From positions 64,001 through 128,000 of the forward strand of contig JBHLKM010000007.1 in assembly GCA_048886685.1 (NCBI GenBank): a DNA stretch of 64,000 nt, in the 5' to 3' direction. This DNA is from Candidatus Hodarchaeota archaeon. GTDB taxonomy: Archaea > Asgardarchaeota > Lokiarchaeia > Sigyniarchaeales > SOKP01. Made by a program: the position numbers and the translations under genes. Shown piece by piece: positions 27,057 through 36,652 of this stretch. The notes below the pieces were generated by a model. It was not told the origin of the DNA and searched no databases. It saw only the letters and a program-made list of their open reading frames with translations. Each line of letters starts with the position of its first letter. The first letter of the stretch is position 1.

Positions 27057-28646
27057 TTACATTCCGCCTTCTTTCGAGCCTTTTGCACTAATGATTCGAT
27101 CAATCCGTAAAATCAAATTTGCTAATTCGCTTCCAGATTTGATAATGTGGTTGATCAACTCAGCGGGTTCAACAATTCCTTTTTTGAAATTGTCCGAAAT
27201 TTCATTAGTTATCGTGTCAATACCAATCCATTTATCAGCATCCGTTTTATGCGCTGCTCTTAATTCAGTCAGTTTTTCAATCTCTTCTAAACCCGCATTT
27301 CTAATCAAGGTTTTTGGGATTTCTTCAAGCGCAAGAGCAAATGCATTTACAGCAAGCTGTTCTTTTCCGCCAATTTCATTAGCATAAGCTCGAATTAGTT
27401 TAGCCAGTTCCATGTAAATTGCCCCACCGCCAGCGACGACTATTCTTCCATCCATTATCTTACTAATCACGCATAACACATCATGCAAAGACACCTCAGC
27501 AGTGCTTAAGATCTTATCAAGTCCACCTTTAAGAAGAATAGACACAGATTTTGGATTTTTACAACCTGAAAATAATGTATATTCATCGTCGCCTAGTTTC
27601 TCAAAATTTACTTTTTCAGCAAACCCCATATCATCCTCTGAGAGTGAAGTTAAATCGTCAACAAGTTTTGCACCAACAGCTTTTAAGATAGATTTATAAT
27701 CACTTTCACCAACATTCTTAATAGCAGCAATTCCTTCTTTAGCCAAAAAAGCACCAAATTTATCAGAGATATCACTACTGTTTACAACCATGTTAACTCC
27801 TAAATCTTTGAAAATCTTCAGGTAATCTAACAAAATTTTCTCCTCTTGGTCAAGAAATCTTTGGATTTCTGTTGGACTAGAAATTCGAACTTGGGCATCA
27901 AATTCAGTCTTTTTCACGTCGAGTTTCTTTCTAATTACAGCTATCTTCGCATCTCTTACAACTGCAGGCATCATAGCATTGACTTTTTCTTTCTGAATGT
28001 AAACCCCATTAATTAACTCACTGTCTTTTAATGATTTCCCGGGAGCTTTTACGATTTTTACATTTGCTATTTTACCGAATGTATTCCCCTCATCATCTGC
28101 TATTTGTTTTACAGCTTTTAAAGCCAATTCCGCAAAAAATTCTTTTAAAGGCGAGATATCTTTTGCATTCATAGCAGTCTTTGCTGCATTAATGAGGATT
28201 TCATCATTATCCTTGGAAATTGTCTCTGCGATTTCTTTAATAATTTCAAGTGATTTATCTGCTGCTAGTTTATATCCATGAGTAATCGGTTTTGGATGAA
28301 TATCTTGTTCAATTAAATCTAATGCATTATTTAATAGAGTGGCGGAAAAAATTACAGCAGAAGTAGTTCCATCTCCTATATCATCATCAATCGACTTAGC
28401 TACATTGACCATCATATTAGCTGCAATATTTTCAATATCTAAATTCTTAAGGATTTCAGCACCATCATTAGTAATAGTAACATCACCCATAGAATCGACG
28501 AGCATTTTTGACATACCTTTAGGGCCAAGTGTAGATCGTATAGACTCAGCAATAGCAACCATCGCCGAAATATTTTGTTTTCGAGCTTCCTTTTCACGAA
28601 CTTCTTCTGTCCCCTCTTTAAGTATAATAATTGGAACGCCTGACAT
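27057..28646 (-). CDS. ths: Thermosome (group II chaperonin) subunit
   Basis: STLGPKGMSKMLVD, TNDGA.IL, GDGTTS, VAGGGA, GIVEP, ILRID. Confidence 0.96.
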   Translation of the reverse strand: MSGVPIIILKEGTEEVREKEARKQNISAMVAIAESIRSTLGPKGMSKMLVDSMGDVTITNDGAEILKNLDIENIAANMMVNVAKSIDDDIGDGTTSAVIFSATLLNNALDLIEQDIHPKPITHGYKLAADKSLEIIKEIAETISKDNDEILINAAKTAMNAKDISPLKEFFAELALKAVKQIADDEGNTFGKIANVKIVKAPGKSLKDSELINGVYIQKEKVNAMMPAVVRDAKIAVIRKKLDVKKTEFDAQVRISSPTEIQRFLDQEEKILLDYLKIFKDLGVNMVVNSSDISDKFGAFLAKEGIAAIKNVGESDYKSILKAVGAKLVDDLTSLSEDDMGFAEKVNFEKLGDDEYTLFSGCKNPKSVSILLKGGLDKILSTAEVSLHDVLCVISKIMDGRIVVAGGGAIYMELAKLIRAYANEIGGKEQLAVNAFALALEEIPKTLIRNAGLEEIEKLTELRAAHKTDADKWIGIDTITNEISDNFKKGIVEPAELINHIIKSGSELANLILRIDRIISAKGSKEGGM

Positions 28647-28727
28647 ATTTTTTCACGTTTTTATGTGTTTTTGAATTTAAAATATAATTTGTTTATAATT
28701 ATTTATAAAGATCTCTAAGTCATAAAA

Positions 28728-28751
28728 TTAAAAAAAGTTTACTTTTTTTAA
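28728..28751. promoter_or_regulatory. Palindrome between the lrp 3' end and the thermosome promoter (operator or terminator)
   Basis: TTAAAAAAAGT-TT-ACTTTTTTTAA perfect inverted repeat. Confidence 0.3.
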
Positions 28752-28811
28752 AGTAAAAGAGGTAGAATATGAGATTGATTCCTAATTGTCATTTATACGG
28801 GAAAATAAAAA

Positions 28812-29297
28812 TTACCCTTCTTTTAAGCCCCCAATATCGACAAACGCCGAGTTTTTGTACTCTTTTAAAATCATATTAGAATTTGTGCGGGTTATATATT
28901 GTTTTTTATTCAGTTCCCGAATGAATTTATGTACATCTTCGCTATCTTTGAATCTACAAATTAATGCTGCGGATTGTTCCCCTGTTGTATGGAATACAGA
29001 ACAAACTTCAGGTACTGAAGCAATATCATTCAAGATTTCTTCAGTAAACTTACCATCACAATTGATCCTTATTAAAAAAGATAATTTATACCCAAGTTTA
29101 ACATTATTAAGCCGAAGGGTGTAGCCCTCTATAATGCCATTATCTCTTAGTTTAGAAATTCTATTATGTATAGTACCAATCGAGATACCAAGTCTGTCTT
29201 GAATCTCTCTATAGCTTGTACGAGCATCATCTTGAAGAATTCTTAGAATATTTTTATCAATATCATCGAGTGCTTTTTCTTTTTTCATAAAGAACAA
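28812..29297 (-). CDS. Lrp/AsnC family transcriptional regulator
   Basis: LDDIDKNILRILQDDARTSYREI...LGISIGTIHNRI..L...GIIEGY; TTGE RAM domain. Confidence 0.94.
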   Translation of the reverse strand: MFFMKKEKALDDIDKNILRILQDDARTSYREIQDRLGISIGTIHNRISKLRDNGIIEGYTLRLNNVKLGYKLSFLIRINCDGKFTEEILNDIASVPEVCSVFHTTGEQSAALICRFKDSEDVHKFIRELNKKQYITRTNSNMILKEYKNSAFVDIGGLKEG

Positions 29298-29409
29298 CCC
29301 TAATAGGAATAAAATTTTTAAACAAAACCAATATAATTTATCTTGATAAATATATAAAACTTTAGAAAATCTTCTAATTTTTCTAATTTTTTATGAAAAT
29401 TGTTTAAAT

Positions 29410-29832
29410 CTAATTCTCATATACCTCTTTAGGATCAAAAATTCTTTTTCTAAATTCATTAAATCTTCCATTATTGAAAGTTCGATAAAAGCAAGAATAA
29501 TATCCTTCATGACAAGCAGCCCCAATTTGCTTTACTTTCATCAGAATTGAATCATTGTCACAATCTGTAATTATTTCTTCGATTTCTTGAAAATGTCCGC
29601 TAGTTTCTCCCTTTTTCCATATTTCTTGCCTTGATCTTGAATAGTAATGCATGAATCCCGTTTCTAAGGATTTTTTAATAGCCTTTTTATTAGCAAATGC
29701 GAGCATCAAAACTTCATTAGAATCTAAATTTTGGGCAATGACTGGTATTAATTCACCTTCAATTTTGGAAAAATCTAATAAATCTATTAAAACTTTAATT
29801 TCTTCTTTAGAAAATTTCTTCATACTTATCAA
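29410..29832 (-). CDS. hisI: Phosphoribosyl-AMP cyclohydrolase
   Basis: LIPVIAQ, YYSRSR..IW.KGETSG, DCDND, ACHEG..SCF. The start is likely the ATG at 29823. Confidence 0.96.
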   Translation of the reverse strand: MISMKKFSKEEIKVLIDLLDFSKIEGELIPVIAQNLDSNEVLMLAFANKKAIKKSLETGFMHYYSRSRQEIWKKGETSGHFQEIEEIITDCDNDSILMKVKQIGAACHEGYYSCFYRTFNNGRFNEFRKRIFDPKEVYEN

Positions 29833-29879
29833 AATTTATGTATATATTTTAATTATTATTATTATTAAACGTCATTTTA

Positions 29880-30992
29880 ATGGAGATCATTATGGCTGAT
29901 AATTTTAAAATAGATCCATGGGGTGCCTCGACTCTCGAGGAGGAAGATTATGCTAGACTTATTAAAGAGTTTGGAATTGAAGAGATAACGGAATCTTTAA
30001 GGCAGAAAATGCTCAAAAATAGATTTATTAGGAGGAAAATTATATTCGGGCATCGAGATTTGAATCTTATTTTTAAAGCTATTGAAAAAGGTCAGCCTTG
30101 GGCAGTAATGAGTGGAATTAAACCATCCGGACCATTCCATTTAGGAACATTAACAACAGCCCTAGAAATCGTTGAATTTCAGAAAATGGGTGGAAAGGCT
30201 TATTATGCAATCGCAGATATTGAAAGTTGGGAAGACAACGGGATACCTTGGGATGAAGCTGAAGAAGCTGCAGTTGATAACATTGCTGATATCTTAGCAC
30301 TTGGTCTAGATCCTTCACCCGAAAAGGCGTATATTTGGCGACAATCAAAAGAACCAATCGTAAAAGATGTATGCTTTAAGGTAAGTAGGTTAGTCACACA
30401 GAATATGTTAAACGCTATTTATGGAGAACGAACATTTGGGCTTTATATTTCTTCATTAATCCAAGTTGGGGATATAGTTTTACCCCAAGTGTTAGACGGT
30501 TTACAACCAACAGTTGTACCAGTAGGTATTGATCAAGATCCGCATATACGACTCACCAGAGATTTAACTCGTAGAAATTACAAAAAATTTTTCTTACCAG
30601 GATCCACATATCATTATTTATTATCGGGTATAGATGGCTCAGAAAAAATGGCTAAGAGAAATCCGAATAGTTATTTTACGTTTAATGAACCTTATGAATC
30701 AATTGAAAGAAAAGTAAAGGGAGCTTTAACTGGGGGAAGGAGAAACCTGAAAGAACAACGTGAGTTAGGTGGAGAACCTCAGAAATGCATGATTTACAAA
30801 ATATTGATGTATCACTTTGAAGAAGACGATGAAAAATTGGCGAACGATTTTGAAATGTGTGCAAAAGGAGAATTAATGTGCGGAGATCATAAACAAGAAT
30901 GCGTCGAAAAAGTGTTAAAATTCATTAAAAATCATCGAAAGAAAAAGGAAAAACTAATCGACAAAGCTAAAAATCTTTTGAAAATTGACTAA
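29880..30992 (+). CDS. trpS: Tryptophanyl-tRNA synthetase (archaeal type)
   Basis: IDPWG, GHRD, SGIKPSG.FHLG, PVGIDQDPH.RLTRD, KMAK, TGGR....EQR..GG. The start is likely 29892. Confidence 0.95.
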   Translation: MEIIMADNFKIDPWGASTLEEEDYARLIKEFGIEEITESLRQKMLKNRFIRRKIIFGHRDLNLIFKAIEKGQPWAVMSGIKPSGPFHLGTLTTALEIVEFQKMGGKAYYAIADIESWEDNGIPWDEAEEAAVDNIADILALGLDPSPEKAYIWRQSKEPIVKDVCFKVSRLVTQNMLNAIYGERTFGLYISSLIQVGDIVLPQVLDGLQPTVVPVGIDQDPHIRLTRDLTRRNYKKFFLPGSTYHYLLSGIDGSEKMAKRNPNSYFTFNEPYESIERKVKGALTGGRRNLKEQRELGGEPQKCMIYKILMYHFEEDDEKLANDFEMCAKGELMCGDHKQECVEKVLKFIKNHRKKKEKLIDKAKNLLKID

Positions 30993-31001
30993 TTTTTTCT
31001 A

Positions 31002-31928
31002 TTAAATTAATTGTTTTAAAATCTGTGATAAGTCTTCAAGAAATTCTGGAAAATTAGTTAAGAGATCGTCTTTGTGGCTTTCTTTTGTTACAACTGAAAT
31101 AAAAAACAACTCTGAACCTAATTTATATCTATGTAAATAGGAGAAAAGAGTATGTTCACTTGATGATATATCATGATCATATTCATATGTCGATTCTTCT
31201 TCCATCCTTTTAAGTAAAAATAGGTGTTCCTTAATTGATTCTAACAATTCAACGTATACGTCGGGTTTTATATCACTATAATATTCAGAAATAATTATAC
31301 CATTTCGATCAAATACGAGCAAAGCCTGACTATTGAAAACTTCTATATATTTCTCTAATAATTCAGATAGTTCAAAAAATTTATCGTCAAATACAGAAAG
31401 TCCATATGAAACTAATTGAACAATGGAAATAATATCATAAATAGAAGTTTGTTGAAACAAGATTTTAAAATTCGAATATTTATCTGATATCCTTATTCGT
31501 AATTTATCAATGTCCTGTAAAATCTCTTCATTTCCTCTTAAATCCGGATCATACTTATGGAAAGTTATTATCAGAGGGACATCCATTTCACTTTCAGTAA
31601 AAAACGTTAAAATTGAATTTAAATACTCAAGCGAGTTCTCAAATCTTTCAGGATCTTGAATATCAATCACATATATTAATAAGTCAGTAGCATCAAAATA
31701 AACATCTTGATAATTAATATAAATGTCTCGGTATTGATCTTGTCCTCCCATATCCCAGAAGATCGTATTATTCCTCAGGAAATTCATCTTGTGATATTCA
31801 ACCCTAATTGTTGGCTTCAATTGAACAATATCCTTTTGAAAATCATATTTTTTATCTAAAGCAGTCAAAATCGAAGTTTTTCCTGCATTATCGAGCCCAC
31901 TAATGATTACTTTTAAAAGATTTTCCAT
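31002..31928 (-). CDS. Rag/Gtr-like (Arf-superfamily) small GTPase with C-terminal roadblock-like domain
   Basis: GLDNAGKTS, PTI, WDMGGQ, HKYD (Rag-type His G4), TSIYD (Rag-type G5); C-terminal ALLVFDRNGIIISE roadblock/longin-like strand pattern. Confidence 0.82.
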   Translation of the reverse strand: MENLLKVIISGLDNAGKTSILTALDKKYDFQKDIVQLKPTIRVEYHKMNFLRNNTIFWDMGGQDQYRDIYINYQDVYFDATDLLIYVIDIQDPERFENSLEYLNSILTFFTESEMDVPLIITFHKYDPDLRGNEEILQDIDKLRIRISDKYSNFKILFQQTSIYDIISIVQLVSYGLSVFDDKFFELSELLEKYIEVFNSQALLVFDRNGIIISEYYSDIKPDVYVELLESIKEHLFLLKRMEEESTYEYDHDISSSEHTLFSYLHRYKLGSELFFISVVTKESHKDDLLTNFPEFLEDLSQILKQLI

Positions 31929-32227
31929 TGATTATACCAAATTTACGATTTTTAAATTTAATAAAATAATAGTCTAAACTAATTTAAACTTCTTGGATAG
32001 TTAACTCATATGTTTGATCCGCTGTAATTTATTATATTGTGTGCTATAATATCGAGATACTATCTTAATATTACTCCAATATTAATAATTTCTTTTTTCT
32101 AAGCGAATCTCCTTAAAAATATATGATTTTGGAGTGAAAAATATGATATATAAATGATATTTATATTTTTTAAAGGGATGACCGTGATTTTACTAAATGA
32201 ACTAGTTTTTAAATGGGGTTGATGTAA

Positions 32228-32455
32228 TTGACTGAAGTTGGAAATAATTTTCTGGAACATTTAGAATATCAAATAGGAATGTTAGAGAAATCTGAAGAAG
32301 CTTATAAAAAAATTCCAGTTTTTACAGAACAGTTAGAGCAATTTGATAAATCTGTAATGGATCTTAGAGAAAAATTCGAAAGAATACATCTTAGAGATAA
32401 ATATCAGATTATAATTTCAGAATTGGAAGAATTAATACAACAATCAAAAAAATAA
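32228..32455 (+). CDS. Small helical / coiled-coil hypothetical protein
   Basis: 75-aa amphipathic helical ORF after a GGGGTTGA RBS-like sequence. Confidence 0.65.
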   Translation: MTEVGNNFLEHLEYQIGMLEKSEEAYKKIPVFTEQLEQFDKSVMDLREKFERIHLRDKYQIIISELEELIQQSKK

Positions 32456-32496
32456 AAAATTCCTTCCCATTTTTTTTACTGGAATGAAGATAGGTT

Positions 32497-32919
32497 TTAC
32501 TCACCTATAATTGTACAATAAATAGTCCTTGAGCGTGGTTTTTCATCACATTCAATGAAAATAATCTGCTGCCAAGTTCCTAATATTAATTTTTGGTTTT
32601 TAAATGGAAAGGTTTGTGATGTTTTTATAAGAAAGCTTCTTAAATGCCCGGCTCCATTGTAATCATGCCAAGTCTTATGGTGAGCATAACTTTTTTCATA
32701 GGGAATTAGTTTTTCCAAAATATTTTTAATATCATGATCTACTAAACCTGGTTCATACTCAGTTGTGGATATTGCTCCTGTCGAACCACCTATATGTACA
32801 TTTACTATTCCATCTTTTATTCCACTTTTTTTAATTGAATTTTGAACTTGATTAGTAATGTTAATAACATCGCAATATGCTTTTGATTTTAAACCAAAAG
32901 TTTGAAAATCTACAGTCAT
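32497..32919 (-). CDS. yjbQ: YjbQ / UPF0047 family protein
   Basis: DGIV.V...GST.AI...EYEPG, HH..W...NG..H.RS, LGTWQQI...E.D...R.R. Confidence 0.92.
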   Translation of the reverse strand: MTVDFQTFGLKSKAYCDVINITNQVQNSIKKSGIKDGIVNVHIGGSTGAISTTEYEPGLVDHDIKNILEKLIPYEKSYAHHKTWHDYNGAGHLRSFLIKTSQTFPFKNQKLILGTWQQIIFIECDEKPRSRTIYCTIIGE

Positions 32920-33965
32920 TTTAGCTTCCTTTTATAGTCACACATATTCAATGTTTTTATCTGTTTAATTACCGATTTAGGCAAACTTTTTTCATCCCCC
33001 TCATTTAAAGCCAAGACTTTTGCTAAAATAAGGAGCTCATTTTGATCAAATCCCTTAATATTTGTCCATCCTGTTGAATCTCCTGCCTCTATACACACAA
33101 AATAAGGAGCTTTTTTAAATTTTGGACAATATTTATCTTTACATTTCTCACAAATTTTAGGAAAATAATAAACATTGCCATTTTTTAAGTATATAGAGAA
33201 CGTACCGAAAGATTTATTTTTTATTTTAATCCAATTAAGATAGTCAAATTCTATTTGGAGATCTAATTTTTGAAGGTATTCAATTAATAAATCCGTATTT
33301 ATAATTTGACGAATTTTTAATGTATGAGTTTCTGGTTCATAATATTCGTTACACTCATCTGTAATACCACTTTGACCAAATAAAGAAGTGAGTAATATCA
33401 GGTTGATAAAATATCTATTCTCTATTTCTTTAATTTTTGTTTTTTCTATAAAAAAACTAGAAACCTGATTAAGTATTTCATTAGCATCGGTAATCTCAGT
33501 TATTTTAAATCCGTGTTCTTCTCTGATTGAGTTAAATTCTTTGTTTATAAATTCTGAATTTATTATATCTTCTTTAGAAAGTTTTTCAAGAATTATGCAA
33601 AAAATAAGTGGTACTTCTGGTATTTTTGATTGAAGTTCATCAAAATATTGTCTAATTTGGTCGATTTTAGTTTCAGATATAAAAATTATTATCGCATCAG
33701 CTCCAGAATAGAAAATTGTGCGTAAGAAAGCTCTACGTTGACCACAGTCTATATTCCATAAAAGATATTCAAATTTCTGTTTCGGTTTGAAAAAATAATC
33801 GAGTTTACTAATATTCACACCAATATTTTGTTTATTCTCTATTGGTAAGCAATTTGAACTTAAAGATTTTTGAAACTCATTTTTTGTTATCTCGAGACCC
33901 CCAAGGATCACTATTTTTTTCTTAAAATAGAATTGGTAAGTTTCAAGAGTTTCGTAAGCACTCAA
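32916..33965 (-). CDS. Degenerate Rab-like GTPase domain fused to a Cys-rich C-terminal domain
   Basis: KKIVILGG (no GKT), NIGVN (Rab TIGVD-like), LLWNIDCGQ..AFLRTIFYSGADAIIIF (Rab WDTAGQ..YYRGA-like); C-terminal CEKCKDKYCP...C...C. Confidence 0.65.
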   Translation of the reverse strand: MSAYETLETYQFYFKKKIVILGGLEITKNEFQKSLSSNCLPIENKQNIGVNISKLDYFFKPKQKFEYLLWNIDCGQRRAFLRTIFYSGADAIIIFISETKIDQIRQYFDELQSKIPEVPLIFCIILEKLSKEDIINSEFINKEFNSIREEHGFKITEITDANEILNQVSSFFIEKTKIKEIENRYFINLILLTSLFGQSGITDECNEYYEPETHTLKIRQIINTDLLIEYLQKLDLQIEFDYLNWIKIKNKSFGTFSIYLKNGNVYYFPKICEKCKDKYCPKFKKAPYFVCIEAGDSTGWTNIKGFDQNELLILAKVLALNEGDEKSLPKSVIKQIKTLNMCDYKRKLK

Positions 33966-34075
33966 ATTAACTTCCTCTAGGAATCATAGATTTTAATATA
34001 AATCCATTTAATAATAAAATTTTTTATGAATTTTAATTTAATCTTTTTAAACACTTTTAAATTTTTGAATTACCG

Positions 34076-34492
34076 ATGAAAAAATTAGATGAATTCCTTA
34101 AGAAGATACACAACCCTAAATCTCAAATCCCTGAATACGCAAGCATAATAATAAAACCTGGGAAAAAAGTATTAAACATTAAAATAAAAAAAGAAGATGA
34201 AAATATTTTAAAAGTAATTGCCCATGAAGAAAATCAATCTGGATGGTTCCTCCATTCTGTACATATTCCATTGAAGAATTTAGGTTTGTCATATAATTCT
34301 AAAGATAAAGAAATATTAGAATATTTATCAGATCCCAATAAAATTAGAAATAAACCAACCAAAGAATATATAGAAAATATTTTAAGGAAGTATTTAGATA
34401 TCCTGCCCGAGAAGAAGAAGCACTTCTTTAAAACTGAACGATTTAAGAAAAAGAAAGAATTCAAAGCTGGAACTCAGTTGAAAGGATTCTAA
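34076..34492 (+). CDS. Basic hypothetical protein
   Basis: 138-aa Lys-rich ATG ORF filling the gap between flanking genes. Confidence 0.7.
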   Translation: MKKLDEFLKKIHNPKSQIPEYASIIIKPGKKVLNIKIKKEDENILKVIAHEENQSGWFLHSVHIPLKNLGLSYNSKDKEILEYLSDPNKIRNKPTKEYIENILRKYLDILPEKKKHFFKTERFKKKKEFKAGTQLKGF

Positions 34493-35355
34493 CCTCTTAA
34501 TGGCATATTTTTTAAATCAAAAAATTCCTTACTGGTTGGTTTTCTTTCTCGATACGGATTTTTTATATCATCAATTTTCCTTCCAAAGGTTAAATATCCA
34601 GTATGTCCTATCATTCTTACTTCAGGACGGGTTGCGTTTTTCTTAACCTGGATTTTCCTCTTAATTAATTCGTATGTATTGATTTCTATGAAATTATTAT
34701 CCCTCAATGCAAATGTAGTTTTTTTCACTTGTTCAATCGTTGGTGAAAAAGAAACAAGAGTCCCACTCAATTTGAGATATTTCATTGCTTTTTCAATCGC
34801 ATTCCATGGTTCAGCAAGATCTAAGACAACTGAATCCACATCTTTCAAATGTAAATCATCAGTAATTATATTGCCAAATTCTATTGATACAATGTTTTCC
34901 AGTTTAACTCTTTCAACATTCTTCTTTGCATTTTTAAGTGATTTTTCGCGAATATCGAACGAGTATATATGTCCACTAGGTCGAACATAATTGCCTAGAA
35001 TACATGTCAATGCTCCAGAACCGCATCCAGCTTCAATAACTACGCTACCTGGTCCAATCCCAGAATATAGTAAAATAATCCCAGCATCTTCAGGATAAAT
35101 TATTTGAGTTTTGCGAGTCATATGAAGTATATAATCAGATGGCTTCGGTTTCAATACATAGAATTTGTATCCTTGAGTTTCATATGGTTTTGAGAATATT
35201 ACCGAGCCATAATTTTTTCCTATTATCTCATCAAATTCAATTATTCCTCTATGTGTTTGAAAACTGCCCCCAGGTTTCACTTGAACTAACCATCTTCTTT
35301 TATCATCAAGAATCAAAAAGATTAAATCATTTTCTTTTACTTTCTCGGAGGTCAT
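34489..35355 (-). CDS. trmI: tRNA (adenine-N1)-methyltransferase TrmI/GCD14
   Basis: THRG, R.TQIIYPED, EAGCGSGALT, LDLAEPW, FSPTIEQV, RP...MIGHTGYL. Confidence 0.95.
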   Translation of the reverse strand: MTSEKVKENDLIFLILDDKRRWLVQVKPGGSFQTHRGIIEFDEIIGKNYGSVIFSKPYETQGYKFYVLKPKPSDYILHMTRKTQIIYPEDAGIILLYSGIGPGSVVIEAGCGSGALTCILGNYVRPSGHIYSFDIREKSLKNAKKNVERVKLENIVSIEFGNIITDDLHLKDVDSVVLDLAEPWNAIEKAMKYLKLSGTLVSFSPTIEQVKKTTFALRDNNFIEINTYELIKRKIQVKKNATRPEVRMIGHTGYLTFGRKIDDIKNPYRERKPTSKEFFDLKNMPLRG

Positions 35356-35528
35356 TTTATATTTTATATTTTTAGTATATCTAATGTTGATAAATCTTTA
35401 ATTTTTTTTCATTCATCCTATTTATATTATTATTTTATATACAAAAAATATATAAAACATATAAAACTGTCATAATTAACCTCTGTAAATAAGATCTTTT
35501 TTATAAATACTCTCTAAAGTATGAATTC

Positions 35529-36437
35529 ATGAGTAGAAACAATTCCAAAACCTCGCAAGATTCTCGAACATCTTTTAAGGGACTTCAAATCTTAAGCGAT
35601 GATTTAAGGAAAAAAAGAGATGATCTTAACCTTAATACTAAGAAATTCATTAATGATTTGCAGGATATTGAAACTGAAATTAATGAAAGTTTAAAAACAG
35701 CTAAGGACAAATATAAAAAGAGAAGGGATTATTGGAATAATAAAGTTAAAGAACTTAAAGAAAAAAAAGTAGAATATAAGAACTTATTTGATAAATTATT
35801 AGAAGAAAAAAAATCAATTCAAAAGAAAAGTAATAGTTCAGATAGATTTGTTTCCATCAAGCAAGTAGAGAGAAAAATTGATAATTTAGAGAGAAGAATT
35901 GAGACTGAAAACCTTGATATTAGTGAAGAAAATTTAATCATAGATAAGATAAGGGAATTAGCAAAATCAAAGCAAAATTTCTTAGCAGAGCAAGAAAATA
36001 GTGATCTCTTCAAAGTAGAACGTAAAATCGAGATTGTAAAAATAAATTTAAACAAGATATATGAACAATTAAATAAGTGGTCTAATAAGTCTCAGGAAAA
36101 TCATGCTAAGATGTTAGAAATCTTCCAAAAAGTCGATGAACTAAGAGAGCGGAAAAAAAAAATGGAAGAGGAGCTAATAGAAAATAAAAAATCTGCAGAT
36201 CGGTATCATGAACAATATTTACAGGTAATGAATCAAAGAAAGAAAATTTCGAGAGGTAAAAAACCTTATAAACCAAGTAAACAACCCGCAAAAAGAACTG
36301 ATCAATTCAAAAAGAAAAATGAAATAATGGAAAAAATTAAACAAGATAAATTAGCAGAGGCTTTAGAAAAACAAAAGGCGGGCAAAAAATTAAATTTGTT
36401 TGAAGCTCGATTAATATTAGAGAAATCTGAAAGATAG
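35529..36437 (+). CDS. Archaeal coiled-coil protein (COG1340-like)
   Basis: Long heptad repeats, KRDDLN, LE..IET..L....E, and a C-terminal GKKLNL.E motif. Confidence 0.75.
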   Translation: MSRNNSKTSQDSRTSFKGLQILSDDLRKKRDDLNLNTKKFINDLQDIETEINESLKTAKDKYKKRRDYWNNKVKELKEKKVEYKNLFDKLLEEKKSIQKKSNSSDRFVSIKQVERKIDNLERRIETENLDISEENLIIDKIRELAKSKQNFLAEQENSDLFKVERKIEIVKINLNKIYEQLNKWSNKSQENHAKMLEIFQKVDELRERKKKMEEELIENKKSADRYHEQYLQVMNQRKKISRGKKPYKPSKQPAKRTDQFKKKNEIMEKIKQDKLAEALEKQKAGKKLNLFEARLILEKSER

Positions 36438-36652
36438 TTTCTTTTTTAAAAGTAAAATTAATCCAATAGTTTAATACCCTAAATTATAAATCTACAGTAG
36501 TTAATATTAATCTACTTGTACTAATTTTCCTTACAATTCTAATTCGAAGATGAAATATTACTTAAATCATTAATAGAACTGACATAATATTTAAAAAAAT
36601 TGAAGATTTATTTTTTTCAACTCGTTAAAAATAAAGAAAGATTTGATTAAAT

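Noticed and set aside
27091-29124. Plus-strand ORFs 27091, 27502, 28339 and 28786
   Set aside because: Antisense shadows of the thermosome and Lrp genes with no independent motifs.
35529-36437. ESCRT-III, SMC or other cytoskeletal eukaryotic signature protein
   Set aside because: No Walker motifs or Snf7 features; it matches the generic archaeal COG1340-type coiled-coil pattern.
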